This document shows positions 53,367 to 64,000 of a stretch of DNA of 64,000 nucleotides, piece after piece. Both the position numbers and the translations under genes were made by a program. Numbering within the stretch: the stretch's first letter is position 1; each line of letters opens with the position of its first letter. Source of the stretch: Paludibacteraceae bacterium (GTDB taxonomy: Bacteria > Bacteroidota > Bacteroidia > Bacteroidales > Paludibacteraceae); NCBI GenBank assembly GCA_036307765.1, contig JAXJWX010000091.1:10472-74471 (forward strand), given 5' to 3'. The notes below the pieces were generated by a model. It was not told the DNA's origin and did no database searches. It saw only the letters and a program-made list of their open reading frames with translations.

Positions 53367-56330
53367 ATGAAGAAAGCACTGAAAATATTCGGCATCGTAC
53401 TAATCAGTATCATCCTATTAGTGACACTGGTGATCAGCACGGCTCTTTGGGTAGTGTTTACCCCTGAACGTTTGACCCCTATCGTGCGTAATGTGGCCAA
53501 GGAATATGTGACGTGCGAACATCATATCGGCAAGGTGGAGCTGACCTTTTTCTCCACCTTCCCACATGTGGGATTAGCCATTGACAGTCTGACCATCGTG
53601 AATCATGTAGAGGGCGCTCCATGCGATACGGTCGTAGATATTCCACACGCTGTTGTGAGTGTGGATGTATTGGCTTTCCTCAATGAAAAAACCTTATCCA
53701 TCCCTACTCTCTGCATGCCCGACATACAGGCAAACATCTACGTGGCAGCCGACGGCACCGCCAACTACGACATACTGGCACTGCCTACCGACACCACTAC
53801 TATAGACACGACTGCCTCGGGATTGCCTTTTGAAAAGATTATGGTAGGCGAATTGGCAGTATCAGCCCAGTCGCTGCAATATATTAGCCTACCAGACTCC
53901 ATACAGGCAAGATTGCACAATATGCTTCTTCAAGCAGAAGTAAACAATTGGGAAGATATGCTTCTCACGCTGAACATCGGCAGCATAGATGCTACTTTAG
54001 GCACAACCACCTACGCACAAGGATTGCGCCTACAGACAACGCTGCCTATGGGCATCGATTTGACAACAATGCGTATTGCCCTGCACAATGCACAGTTAGC
54101 AGTGAACACATTGGACTTTGCGCTCAACGGATGGGCAGAAATAGGCGATACACTCCAAACCGACATGCGCCTGACGCTCAACGACTGGCAAGTGGATTCC
54201 GTCATGCCTCTATTGCCCATCTCACTCCCCAAAGATATTGCACAACTTATCCGAGGCGGTTCGGCATCGCTGGACGCCACTGCCACTATCAATATGGCCA
54301 ACGGAAACGCATCCAGCGTAACCATTCATAACCTGGCTGCCCATACCAAGCAGACGAGTTTGCAAGCACAAGGCAAGGTCAAAGACCCACTGGGCAAACT
54401 ATGGATGGATTTATCTGCCAGCATGGATGTGCGCATAGCAGACATTAAGGCGTTCTTGCCTACAGACATGCACGTGAGTGGACGGGTAAAAGGTACGGCT
54501 AGCGCACGCATGTATCTGAATGACCTGATGGCAATGAACCTGCACAAGGGTAATATCAGTGGCGATATGCAGTTGTTGGGTATCACCTATAACACACAAG
54601 ACATAGCGGCTACACTGCCTAACAACCGTCTGACATTCCAACTACCTAACCGCCAGCCATCACGCCAAGAAGTGGATTGGTTGCAAGCTACACTCTACAC
54701 CGCTGGTGGAGACATTAGCATGGCACCACAACTACAGGCCCAATTAGGTAATACCAGCATTGCTGTTGAGGTCAATAATATCCTAAGCGACACTCCTTAT
54801 TGGCATGCCACCCTATCCCTGCAATCAACCGAGCAACTGCAAGCCAGCATGGATAGTATGGGTGTCACTATTGTGAAGCCCAATATAGGTGCTTACATAG
54901 CGTACCATACCACAGACAAGAGCGTCATGCCTGTGCTGGATGCGTGCGTAGCATTTGACCGATTGACGGGTCATTATACCAATATGCAAGCCGACATACA
55001 CGCTTCCACTCTCACTGCCCAACTGCAAGCACCACGCCTCAAGGCTACCCTGCAATCCAACCAAGTGGCAGCACAAATGGCAAACGTAGTGGACTTCAAT
55101 ACCCAACAAATCAGCATAGAAGCTGCTGCGCGTTACAACGCAGAGGGTGGCGATAATCTGTTGCTGAAGTGGAATCCACGTCTGTCAGTAAATATGCAAC
55201 AGGCCCTCGTGGACTTGGCAGACTGGGAACAAAACATACAGATACCTCAGATAGATTTCGCCTATACTAATCGCGAGTGTAAGATTGAGCAATCAAAAGT
55301 TATCATCGGTAACTCTGACTTCGCACTCACAGGCGAACTGCGCAATATCGGTCGCTGGTTGCGTGAGAAGGGCGTGTTAGAGGGCGAGATGAACTTTGTC
55401 AGCGAACAAACCGATGCCAACGAACTACTGGCACTCCTCTCTGCCGACCAAGGGTCCGAAGAAAAAGCACCAACAGATGAGGCAATAAAGCGAGAAGGCG
55501 AGGAGGCGAAAGGAGAAGAGACAGAACCATTCCTTGTGCCGACCAACGTGGACTTGATACTCAACACCCAAATCAAGAAAGCCAATCTCTTCAATCAAGC
55601 AGCCACCAACTTAGGCGGAAAAATCTATGTCAAGGACGGCACACTCGTATTGGAAGAGATGGGCTTTATCTGCAATGCAGCTAAGCTCCAACTTACAGCT
55701 ATGTACCGCACACCACGACGCAATCACATCTATGTGGGCTTTGACTACCATATGCTGGATGTGAATATCCAAGAACTGGTGAACATGATTCCACAAATAG
55801 ACTCCATGATGCCTATGCTTCGCTCCTTTAAGGGCGAAGCCGAGTTCCATCTTGCGGCAGAGACATACACCAATGCCCAATACCAAATCAAACCTTCCAC
55901 CATTCGCGGTGCCGCCAGCATATTCGGCAAAGACCTCGTAGTAATGGATAACGAGACTTTCAACACCATATCCAAAATGCTGATGTTTAGCAAGAAGACA
56001 GAAAACAAAGTGGACAGCATCTCGGCAGAAATGACCATCTACAAGAAAGAGATTGATGTCTATCCATTCTGCGTATCGTTGGACAATTATATGGTAGCAT
56101 TAGGAGGACGACATAACTTGGATATGACCTTCAACTACGATGTGAATGTCCTTTCGCCTATATATTTGGGCGTGAACGTATCGGGTAATTTCGATGATTT
56201 GAAAATCAAACTTGCTCCTTGCCGATTCGCCAAAGACTTCAAACCACTCTTCCACCGTAAAGTGGATACCCAATCTGCCCAACTGCGCAGTATAATACGC
56301 GAGTCCATGCGGAAGAACGTGAAGTTGTAG
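53367..56330 (+). CDS. AsmA/TamB-like large envelope protein
   Basis: 987 aa with an N-terminal TM anchor and a long beta-rich body. The C-terminal region is reminiscent of the AsmA family. This is a by-eye assignment. Confidence 0.45.
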   Translation: MKKALKIFGIVLISIILLVTLVISTALWVVFTPERLTPIVRNVAKEYVTCEHHIGKVELTFFSTFPHVGLAIDSLTIVNHVEGAPCDTVVDIPHAVVSVDVLAFLNEKTLSIPTLCMPDIQANIYVAADGTANYDILALPTDTTTIDTTASGLPFEKIMVGELAVSAQSLQYISLPDSIQARLHNMLLQAEVNNWEDMLLTLNIGSIDATLGTTTYAQGLRLQTTLPMGIDLTTMRIALHNAQLAVNTLDFALNGWAEIGDTLQTDMRLTLNDWQVDSVMPLLPISLPKDIAQLIRGGSASLDATATINMANGNASSVTIHNLAAHTKQTSLQAQGKVKDPLGKLWMDLSASMDVRIADIKAFLPTDMHVSGRVKGTASARMYLNDLMAMNLHKGNISGDMQLLGITYNTQDIAATLPNNRLTFQLPNRQPSRQEVDWLQATLYTAGGDISMAPQLQAQLGNTSIAVEVNNILSDTPYWHATLSLQSTEQLQASMDSMGVTIVKPNIGAYIAYHTTDKSVMPVLDACVAFDRLTGHYTNMQADIHASTLTAQLQAPRLKATLQSNQVAAQMANVVDFNTQQISIEAAARYNAEGGDNLLLKWNPRLSVNMQQALVDLADWEQNIQIPQIDFAYTNRECKIEQSKVIIGNSDFALTGELRNIGRWLREKGVLEGEMNFVSEQTDANELLALLSADQGSEEKAPTDEAIKREGEEAKGEETEPFLVPTNVDLILNTQIKKANLFNQAATNLGGKIYVKDGTLVLEEMGFICNAAKLQLTAMYRTPRRNHIYVGFDYHMLDVNIQELVNMIPQIDSMMPMLRSFKGEAEFHLAAETYTNAQYQIKPSTIRGAASIFGKDLVVMDNETFNTISKMLMFSKKTENKVDSISAEMTIYKKEIDVYPFCVSLDNYMVALGGRHNLDMTFNYDVNVLSPIYLGVNVSGNFDDLKIKLAPCRFAKDFKPLFHRKVDTQSAQLRSIIRESMRKNVKL

Positions 56331-56372
56331 TTTAGTGAACGCCGCAAAGCGGCTACTGTTTAGTGTTTAGAG
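56328..56372. repeat. Intergenic modular repeat, family B, copy 2
   Basis: tagtttagtgaacgccgcaaagcggctactgtttagtgtttagag. Compare 9262-9312. Confidence 0.7.
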
Positions 56373-56405
56373 AAGATATACAAGTTAAACCAATTATTAA
56401 ACAAT

Positions 56406-58496
56406 ATGAAAAAAATCTTATTTTTGAGCATGATGCTCGTAACACTTATGGCATGTACTAAAAACGAGAACCCATTGCTCGTAGAGCAGAACACCCCTTA
56501 TGGTGTGCCTGCTTTCGACAAAGTGAAAATCGAACACTATCTGCCTGCTTTTGAGAAAGCTATCGCAGAGAACGAAGCAGAGATTGCTGCTATCGCTAAT
56601 AACACAGAGGCACCTACCTTCGCCAACACCATCGAGGCACTCGACCGTAGCGGCGAACTGCTCAATAAGGTAGTGGGTGTATTCTTCAACGTCATCGAGG
56701 CTGACGGCAACGACGAGATGAACGCTATCGCTGAGGAGGTATCACCAAAATTATCTGCATTGAGCGACGGTATTATCTTGAACGATGCTTTGTTCCAACG
56801 CGTGAAAGCTGTATATGAACAACGCGAAAGTTTGGGTCTCAATGACGAGCAAATGCGTCTGCTGACCGAGACCTTCAAGTCCTTTGCCAACAACGGTGCT
56901 AACCTCCCAGAGGACAAGAAAGCACGATTGAAAGAGATCAACCAAGAGCTCGGTTTGCTCTCTCTGCAATTCGGCAATAACGTCGTAGCAGAGACTAATG
57001 CTTATCAACTCTTTATTACTGACGAGGCAGAACTCAAAGGTCTTCCTGAGAGCGCCAAAGCCGCTGCCAAAGAAGAGGCAACAGCTGCTGGTCGTCCTGA
57101 TGCATGGCTCTTTACCCCAAAACGCACCAGCTTCACCCCAGTACTCCAATACTGCGAGAACCGCGAGTTGCGCAAAGAACTGCTGATGGCTTACACCACC
57201 CGTGGCAACCACGACAACGAGAACGACAACAAGGAGATTATCATCAAGACCATGCAACTGCGTGTGGAAAAAGCACAACTCTTTGGCTACACCAACCCTG
57301 CGGATTATATCTTGGCTGACTGTATGGCACACGATGCCAAGACTGTGGACGCATTCCTCGAGTCTGTATGGGGACCAAGTTTGGCTGCTGCTAAGCGCGA
57401 AGCTGCTGAACTGCAAAAGATGATGGACAAAGACCTCCCTGGTGAGAAACTCCAACCATGGGACTGGTGGTATTACGCAGAGAAGCTCCGTGTAGAGAAA
57501 TATGCTCTCAACGAGGAGGAATTGAAGCCATACTTCGAGCTTAACAATGTGCGCAGGGGTGCGTTTGGTTTGGCAAACAAATTGTTTGGTCTGAACTTCG
57601 AGAAACTGGAGGGTATGCCAGTATATAACCCAGAGGTAGAGGTATTCAAAGTCACTTATGCTGACGGCAGCCTCGTAGGTATCCTATATACCGACTACTT
57701 CCCACGCGCTGGCAAACGCCCAGGTGCATGGATGAATAATATCTGCAACCAATACATCGATGCAGAGGGTGTAGATCACCGTCCTGTAATCATTAACGTG
57801 GGTAACTTCAACAAACCTACCGCAGGCAACCCATCGTTGCTCTCTATGGACGATGTAGAGACATTGTTCCACGAGTTCGGTCACGCATTGCACGGCCTCA
57901 TGTCCAAAGCTACCTACCAATCATTGGCGGGCACCAACACCCCACGCGACTTTGTGGAGTTGCCAAGCCAATTCATGGAAAACTACTGCTACCACCCAGA
58001 GGTGCTGAAGACCTACGCGTTCCACTACCAAACAGGCGAACTCATCCCAGAGGAGTTGGTGGCTAAGATCAACAAAGCAGGTACTTTCAACCAAGGCTTC
58101 GTACAAACCGAGTTGCTCAGCTCTTCGATCCTCGATATGGACTACCACAAGATGACCACCACCGAGGCGTTTGATGTGAATGCGTTTGAGGAGGCTTCTA
58201 TGAAGAATATGAAGATGATTCCTGAGATTATCACTCGCTATCGCTCTACCTTCTACAACCACATCTTCACCACAGGTTATGCGGCTGGCTACTACAGCTA
58301 CACATGGGCAGCCGTATTGGATGCCGATGCGTTTGCAGCCTTCGAGGAGACAGGTGACATCTTCAACCCAGAGATGGCGAAGAAGTTCGCTCGCCTCTTG
58401 GAGCAAGGTGGTACACGCGACGCGGCATTGCTCTACCAAGAGTTCCGCGGCAAGGACGCCGATCCTAAGCACCACATGAAGCGCTGCGGATTTTAA
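56406..58496 (+). CDS. M3-family zinc metallopeptidase (peptidyl-dipeptidase Dcp-like), lipoprotein
   Basis: 696 aa with the HEFGHALH zinc motif and the lipobox LMACT. Confidence 0.85.
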   Translation: MKKILFLSMMLVTLMACTKNENPLLVEQNTPYGVPAFDKVKIEHYLPAFEKAIAENEAEIAAIANNTEAPTFANTIEALDRSGELLNKVVGVFFNVIEADGNDEMNAIAEEVSPKLSALSDGIILNDALFQRVKAVYEQRESLGLNDEQMRLLTETFKSFANNGANLPEDKKARLKEINQELGLLSLQFGNNVVAETNAYQLFITDEAELKGLPESAKAAAKEEATAAGRPDAWLFTPKRTSFTPVLQYCENRELRKELLMAYTTRGNHDNENDNKEIIIKTMQLRVEKAQLFGYTNPADYILADCMAHDAKTVDAFLESVWGPSLAAAKREAAELQKMMDKDLPGEKLQPWDWWYYAEKLRVEKYALNEEELKPYFELNNVRRGAFGLANKLFGLNFEKLEGMPVYNPEVEVFKVTYADGSLVGILYTDYFPRAGKRPGAWMNNICNQYIDAEGVDHRPVIINVGNFNKPTAGNPSLLSMDDVETLFHEFGHALHGLMSKATYQSLAGTNTPRDFVELPSQFMENYCYHPEVLKTYAFHYQTGELIPEELVAKINKAGTFNQGFVQTELLSSSILDMDYHKMTTTEAFDVNAFEEASMKNMKMIPEIITRYRSTFYNHIFTTGYAAGYYSYTWAAVLDADAFAAFEETGDIFNPEMAKKFARLLEQGGTRDAALLYQEFRGKDADPKHHMKRCGF

Positions 58497-58608
58497 CGCG
58501 TTCGGCAAGCCGGTCGCAAAGAATGACGCCCACGTCATTAGGCGACGGCTGCCTCCGCTTTCCCCACTCAGCCACGAGCTTCGTGGGGACCCCATTTTAA
58601 TTAAAACC

Positions 58609-59373
58609 ATGAGATACTTCCTCAAGAACATAGCCCAAGATAGCATGCTGAGAACGGTTATTCTGATCGTTCTTGGCGTGGCTATGTGGGTGCCATCATT
58701 CTTGAGGCAAGAGAATAGTGCATTGGTCATTGTAACATTGGTGTTGACGATTGTTAACACACTGCTCACAACCCACTATTTCTACCGAGCTGGTATCACC
58801 AGTTTGCCATCGCCCTTTGTGGCTGCCACGACATGGTTCGGGTTCTCAGCGATACCTGCGCTACATACCTGCTGGCAAGCACAGTTTGTAATCATGGGTA
58901 TATTTTTGGCATTGCTGGTATTACTGAATATGGACTATCAACACGAAGCAACAGAAGAAGCTTTTTTGGCTACACTGATATGCTGCATAGTGGCAGTGGT
59001 TCCCTCCATCCTCTTCACAGGTGTTATGATGCTATGGGGTTATCTCATCGCCAAACGACAAATGACATGGCGCGTATGGGCAGCATCACTCATTGCTATT
59101 GCCGTACGTATCGTATTGATGGCCATGTTGCATTATATGGGATGGTTAGAGATGATATGGATGGAGAACATACCTCATCTATCAGGACTGCAATGGTTGC
59201 TCTGCGATGTAGTATTTCTCCTTGGCTTCCTATCCGCGTACCTACCTCTGCAACGCTCCTCAGTAGGTAGTGGCATATTCTATCTGATAACCATTGTTGT
59301 TCTCGCTATGGCTAACCTACTATGGCATGGCTGTATATTATATCATTATCCTATTGAATCTATATTCCTATGA
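58609..59373 (+). CDS. Polytopic membrane protein of unknown function
   Basis: 254 aa with about 8 hydrophobic helices. It overlaps the next gene by 4 nt. Confidence 0.5.
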   Translation: MRYFLKNIAQDSMLRTVILIVLGVAMWVPSFLRQENSALVIVTLVLTIVNTLLTTHYFYRAGITSLPSPFVAATTWFGFSAIPALHTCWQAQFVIMGIFLALLVLLNMDYQHEATEEAFLATLICCIVAVVPSILFTGVMMLWGYLIAKRQMTWRVWAASLIAIAVRIVLMAMLHYMGWLEMIWMENIPHLSGLQWLLCDVVFLLGFLSAYLPLQRSSVGSGIFYLITIVVLAMANLLWHGCILYHYPIESIFL

Positions 59374-61709
59374 AAAAACTTAGACTTTTTTCTACTCTTA
59401 TCCTACTGGCAATCGCCCTCACGCTATTCGCCAACGAGCCCAAGCACGAGTTTCGTGCTACATGGCTGGCAACAGTGACCAGCATTGACTGGCCAAAGAC
59501 GAAAGCCAAAGACGAAGCTTCGCGTCTGCAACAACAACAAGAACTCACTACCATACTCGATAAACTACAAGCAGGCAATATGAATGCTTGTTACCTGCAA
59601 GTGCGTTCGCTCTGCGACGCTATGCACAAGTCTTCCTACGAGCCATGGTCGGCTGCGCTAACAGGTACGCGTGGTAAAGACCCAGGATACGACCCATTGG
59701 CATTCGCCATAGAGGAAGCACACAAGCGCGGTATCGAACTCCATATCTGGGTCAACCCCTTCCGTGCGACCAGCAGTGGTACACTATCCAGCAATGATCA
59801 GCTATTGCAACACGCAGGCGAGTGGATTATCAAATACGACAATGGTTCGTTTAGCGGACAAATCATCGACCCTGGATACCCGCAGGCGCGCGCGTATGTA
59901 ATTAAGGTGTTGATGGAGATTGTCAATAACTACGATGTGGACGGTATTGTGATGGATGACTATTTCTACCCATATGGTAGCACCACCACCGAAGATGCCG
60001 CTTCTAAAGCACTATACAAACCTACCAATGTAGTAGATGTGAACCAAGACGGCAAAACGGATGATGATTGGCGCCGCAACAATGTGGACGATTGTATCAA
60101 AGTACTATACGATAGCCTACAAGCCACTAAACCATGGGTACGCTTTGGTATGGGTACTTTTGGTATCTGGACCACACAGAAAAAAGCGGCTCAGGCGTAT
60201 GGACTTACCCTGCCAAGTGGTATCACGGGTCTCGACGACTACGATGTACAAGCCTGCAACCCCGTGGAATGGGTAAAAGACGGCTATGTGGACTATATCA
60301 ACCCACAACTCTATTGGTCTCGCGACTATGCGGGACAAGACTACGATGTACTCTGCAAATGGTGGGCAAAAGATGTGTGCGAACACTTCTCTAACCTATT
60401 GCCTAATGGCAAGAAGGTGCATTTCTGCGTGTCGCAAGCCGCTTACCACGCCTACGATGGCTACAAGGGATATGATGATGGCGTTGGTGAGATACAAGAC
60501 CAAATCGATGTGAACCGCGCCAACCTATCTTCGGGCTATAATGGCTCTGTGTTCTACAACACCACCGCCTACTGCAAGATGTACCAAGAGCTCCAAGCAT
60601 CGCACTTCAACCACAAGGCACTAATGCCTGCTATGGATTGGAAAGTAACCGAGCAACTCTCTGCACCCGAGAACTTGCACGTAGAGGGCAACACACTGAA
60701 ATGGGAACACCCTACCGCTGAACGCTTTACTGTATATGCTTACCCTATGGGACTCGATTGGGCTACCGCACAACAGACAGGCACCTACCTACAAGACATC
60801 GTGTATGGCAAGGAGTACACACTCAGCCAGATACCCAATTGGCAAGCGATGACTCTCGCCGTATGCAGCTATGACCGCTATGGCGTGGAGCATCAGGCAG
60901 CTATCATCAACGAAGGCAAGTTTCCCGAATCCGACCCAAATGCTACCGAAATCACATGGGTGCTGAATGGCGGCGAGATAAAAGAGGAAGTCTTTACCAC
61001 CAACGAGCAATTGTGGGAAGAATGGAAACCCGACTATGTGACTTTCTATAAGAATATGTACGGCGATCGCTTCATTCCTGCCGAGGACCGACCTATTGAA
61101 GACGTCTTAGGCTTCACCTGGATCAACTCGCTGGGCACAGGTATAGCAGCCGACTTTATGACCCAATCTGCTGACTGGCAATGGCTACGAGATTATATGC
61201 TCCAAGAAGCCGCAGCACAAGAGGAGACTATCAGTGGTGACAACGATTGGCGATATAATCTCTACTCCTTCTTCAACTGCGCCGACGCTGCCTATCGTGT
61301 GGACGGCTATCGCGCTGGCTACACCGTGGACTTCAGAGAGGCAGGCAAACCAGAGGCATGGGGTGCGTATTACGGCAGTATTGGCGAGACCGATGTGCAA
61401 CTGCCTTCGCAGGTGACAGAGACCTATATCCTGCCTACGCCTACCCACCCTATGGGGCATGCGTTCTTGGGCTGGTACACCACTGCTAACTTTGAGGGCG
61501 AAGCAGTATTGGCTATTCCTGCTGGCTGGGTGGGAACGCTATATGCCAAATGGGACGGCATAAGCACCTCTATAGAAAATATCCCAACCGACAACACCAT
61601 GCGTATCTATGATATTATGGGTCGTATGGTCGGAACGGATATACATACTGTAGGAAAGGGTGTGTTTATTATAGAGCAAAATGGACAACGAATAAAAACT
61701 ATTCGATAA
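59370..61709 (+). CDS. Glycosyl hydrolase-like 10 (GHL10/DUF187) protein with a T9SS C-terminal sorting domain
   Basis: 779 aa with the N-terminal block EFRATWLATVTSIDWPK, a Listeria-Bacteroides-type repeat (FLGWYTTANFEG), and a C-terminal tail GKGVFIIEQNGQRIKTIR. Confidence 0.6.
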   Translation: MKKLRLFSTLILLAIALTLFANEPKHEFRATWLATVTSIDWPKTKAKDEASRLQQQQELTTILDKLQAGNMNACYLQVRSLCDAMHKSSYEPWSAALTGTRGKDPGYDPLAFAIEEAHKRGIELHIWVNPFRATSSGTLSSNDQLLQHAGEWIIKYDNGSFSGQIIDPGYPQARAYVIKVLMEIVNNYDVDGIVMDDYFYPYGSTTTEDAASKALYKPTNVVDVNQDGKTDDDWRRNNVDDCIKVLYDSLQATKPWVRFGMGTFGIWTTQKKAAQAYGLTLPSGITGLDDYDVQACNPVEWVKDGYVDYINPQLYWSRDYAGQDYDVLCKWWAKDVCEHFSNLLPNGKKVHFCVSQAAYHAYDGYKGYDDGVGEIQDQIDVNRANLSSGYNGSVFYNTTAYCKMYQELQASHFNHKALMPAMDWKVTEQLSAPENLHVEGNTLKWEHPTAERFTVYAYPMGLDWATAQQTGTYLQDIVYGKEYTLSQIPNWQAMTLAVCSYDRYGVEHQAAIINEGKFPESDPNATEITWVLNGGEIKEEVFTTNEQLWEEWKPDYVTFYKNMYGDRFIPAEDRPIEDVLGFTWINSLGTGIAADFMTQSADWQWLRDYMLQEAAAQEETISGDNDWRYNLYSFFNCADAAYRVDGYRAGYTVDFREAGKPEAWGAYYGSIGETDVQLPSQVTETYILPTPTHPMGHAFLGWYTTANFEGEAVLAIPAGWVGTLYAKWDGISTSIENIPTDNTMRIYDIMGRMVGTDIHTVGKGVFIIEQNGQRIKTIR

Positions 61710-61758
61710 CAACAAACCAATTAATCAATCTTTATTATTAACTTTTAAATCAAAACGC

Positions 61759-62595
61759 ATGAAAAAAACAATGCTTTTTGTGGCAGCTTGCTTGATGAGT
61801 TTAGCTGCCAGCGCACAGGTACTGGAAGTAGTATCTATGCAACAACTGCCTATCGCTGCTCAAGCAGACATGAAGGTAGCAGGTGTGAGTCCTGACGGAA
61901 GCTACTTGTTGCTTACATCAGGCACCAACAAAGGTCTGCAACGCTATGACCTTGAGAGTCAAACACTCACCACAATCACCGACGCTGCTGGTGCTGGTTA
62001 CAATGTGCAAGTGAGCAACAATGGTCAAGAGGTAGTGTATCGCGAGACAACTATCGACCGCAACAACTTGCGCCAAAACAAAGTTGTACGCCTCAACATG
62101 TACAACCAACGTCAAAACGTAGTGGCTCGTGGTCAACGCGACATGAAGTTGATGGCTACATCTGACAACCTTACTACCGTAGCTATCGCAGACCGCAAGA
62201 TTGTGATCAAGCACAATGGTCTTAGCACCACATTGGCTCCAAACGGTATGAACGAGAGTTATCTCTGGCCTTCTGTATCTCCAGACGGCAAGAAAATTTG
62301 CTACTATGTAGCTGGCAAAGGTTGCTTCGTTGCTAACACCGATGGTTCTAACCCACAATTTATCGCTCGCGACTGCCGCGCAGCTAAGTGGTATAACAAC
62401 AACACCATCGTGGCTATGGCTGACGAGGATGATGGTCACTTCACCACCGCTTCTGCTATTGTAGCATATAGCCTGAATGGTCAAAAACAAGTGCTGACCA
62501 GCAACAAGATGATTGCTATGTATCCTTACGCAGCAGAGAATATGATTGTATTCTCTACCTTGAAGGGCGAAACTTATATGTTGAACATTAAATAA
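61759..62595 (+). CDS. Secreted beta-propeller-like protein (TolB/PD40-like repeats)
   Basis: 278 aa with a signal peptide and SPDGSYLL / SPDGKKICY repeats. Confidence 0.5.
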   Translation: MKKTMLFVAACLMSLAASAQVLEVVSMQQLPIAAQADMKVAGVSPDGSYLLLTSGTNKGLQRYDLESQTLTTITDAAGAGYNVQVSNNGQEVVYRETTIDRNNLRQNKVVRLNMYNQRQNVVARGQRDMKLMATSDNLTTVAIADRKIVIKHNGLSTTLAPNGMNESYLWPSVSPDGKKICYYVAGKGCFVANTDGSNPQFIARDCRAAKWYNNNTIVAMADEDDGHFTTASAIVAYSLNGQKQVLTSNKMIAMYPYAAENMIVFSTLKGETYMLNIK

Positions 62596-62606
62596 GCTAA
62601 CGCGTT

Positions 62607-64000
62607 ATGAAAAAGATATTTATGGTTCTTGCAGCAGTGCTGCTTACCGTTTCGATGTCAGCTGCTGATTTGACTGGCAAACGTATTTATGTGAACCCAG
62701 GTCACGGTAGTTGGGGACCAAACGACCGCCCTATGGCTACTATCCCTTATCCAGAATTACCAAAAACTGGTATGCCAGATACACTCGGTTTCTACGAGTC
62801 TAACACCAACCTCTGGAAATGTATGTACCTTGGCGAGAAACTTGAGGCTGCAGGTGCAACCGTATTGTACTCTCGTACACAATCTGGTCCTTGGCCATAT
62901 ACTATGGTAGATGGCGACTATCCAGATTACACATGGGAAGAATACAAGAATTTGCCAGATTACGAAAAGTACAACCGCGCACTCTCTGAGATTTGCGAGG
63001 AGGTTGAGGCTAACAATATTGACTACTTCATCTCTGTGCACTCAAATGCAGCTACCGAGGGTACTACAACCAACTACCCATTGTTCTTGTACAAGGGTGA
63101 TGATGCTCGTAGTTCTGCCAACTATATCGAGGGCAACTGGGAGAAATGTAATGCTTGCTGGAACTACCGCAACGAGATTATGACCAGCGGTATCGACCCA
63201 TCTTCTTCATACAAGGATAAGACCAACCTCCGTGGTTGCGACAACTTCTATGGTTATACCCTTGGTGTATTGAAACATAGTGTTTCTGGTTATTTGGTAG
63301 AAGGTTACTTCCACACCTACCAACCAGCTCGTCACCGTGCATTGAACCCAGACTATTGCCATATGGAAGGTTTGGCATACTACCGCGGTATCGTAGATTA
63401 CTATGGTGCAGACAAAGAGAATGTTGGTTATATCTTGGGTACCGTAAAGGACCTCAACAACAAGATGAGCAACAAGCTCTTCACCTACACTCCTAAGACC
63501 AACGACCAATGGGTACCATGTAACGGTGCTGAGGTTATCCTCAAGAAAGGTGGTGTAGAGGTAGCTCGCTACAATGTAGATACCTTGTACAACGGTATCT
63601 TCGTATTTAAAGGTTTGGAGCCAGGCGACGACTACTCTCTTGATGCAAGTTGCGATGGTTACTTCCCACTCGCTGACCAATACAAGGTTCCATTCGAGGT
63701 TAAGGCCAACGCTACTACCTATCCTATGATTTACTTGGCAGACACTGCATGGACTCCTCCTGTAGTCGTTTATGAGGATTATCCAAATCCTGCTCAACCT
63801 GCATACCTTGGCATTCCTAGTGTATTCGAGATGAAGCAAGAAGAAGTTCGCGACTTCGCAGAAGTCATCAAGGGTACTGTTAAGCGCACCCTCCAAAGCG
63901 GTGACTCTACTATCCTTCTCTCTCACGAGGAAGATGGCACACCTCATATCTACCTCATTAAGAGCAGCTTGAAAACTATTGAGACTATCTCTACCGATAG
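62607..64000 (+). CDS. N-acetylmuramoyl-L-alanine amidase family protein (runs off the window end)
   Basis: My own translation from ATG 62607: MKKIFMVLAAVLLTVSMSA, then YVNPGHGSWG and DYFISVHSNA (Amidase_3 motifs). The frame is open to 64000. Confidence 0.6.
   Translation, partial: MKKIFMVLAAVLLTVSMSAADLTGKRIYVNPGHGSWGPNDRPMATIPYPELPKTGMPDTLGFYESNTNLWKCMYLGEKLEAAGATVLYSRTQSGPWPYTMVDGDYPDYTWEEYKNLPDYEKYNRALSEICEEVEANNIDYFISVHSNAATEGTTTNYPLFLYKGDDARSSANYIEGNWEKCNACWNYRNEIMTSGIDPSSSYKDKTNLRGCDNFYGYTLGVLKHSVSGYLVEGYFHTYQPARHRALNPDYCHMEGLAYYRGIVDYYGADKENVGYILGTVKDLNNKMSNKLFTYTPKTNDQWVPCNGAEVILKKGGVEVARYNVDTLYNGIFVFKGLEPGDDYSLDASCDGYFPLADQYKVPFEVKANATTYPMIYLADTAWTPPVVVYEDYPNPAQPAYLGIPSVFEMKQEEVRDFAEVIKGTVKRTLQSGDSTILLSHEEDGTPHIYLIKSSLKTIETISTD

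Overview
This is a Bacteroidales-type chromosome segment. I infer it is Prevotella/Segatella-like from repeated TAnnTTTG -7 promoter boxes, a T9SS-type C-terminal sorting tail, and the ExbBD, LptF/G, Tgt, QueA and IleS gene set. Housekeeping genes fill about 1-14.7 kb and 41.9-64 kb. Between them lies a ~27-kb accessory tract anchored on tRNA-Ser(UGA), with four parts. (i) An ~11.3-kb integrated element is bounded by an exact 17-nt repeat of the tRNA 3' end. It carries a three-gene MboI/DpnII-type (GATC) restriction-modification system, an SF2-helicase/primase-like protein, a serine recombinase, an excisionase-like HTH protein and a tyrosine integrase. (ii) Next come tandem att-scar repeats, iteron-like repeats and a DUF3987-like gene, which look like a mobile-element remnant. 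(iii) A visibly AT-rich minus-strand gene train runs from 29.4 to 38.9 kb. Its upstream end is the most interesting item in the window: an unannotated 24-codon PqqA-like peptide gene followed by three different radical-SAM enzymes (MiaB/RimO-like, a small rSAM, and a PqqD-RRE + SPASM enzyme) and an MTA/SAH-nucleosidase-like protein. Downstream of these come two coiled-coil tail-anchored paralogs (one with an in-frame stop), a KptA/Tpt1-like protein with a substituted catalytic Arg, an FtsZ-C-terminal-like mini protein, a stand-alone kinase C-lobe and a PPP-type phosphatase. (iv) An orphan AAA+ ATPase closes the tract. Several families of short modular repeats fill intergenic spaces, and related modules appear in frame inside queA, ileS, a tatD-family gene and an AsmA-like gene. 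I saw no rRNA, CRISPR array, transposase or reverse transcriptase. All calls rest on reading the sequence and the supplied translations by eye. No database search was run.
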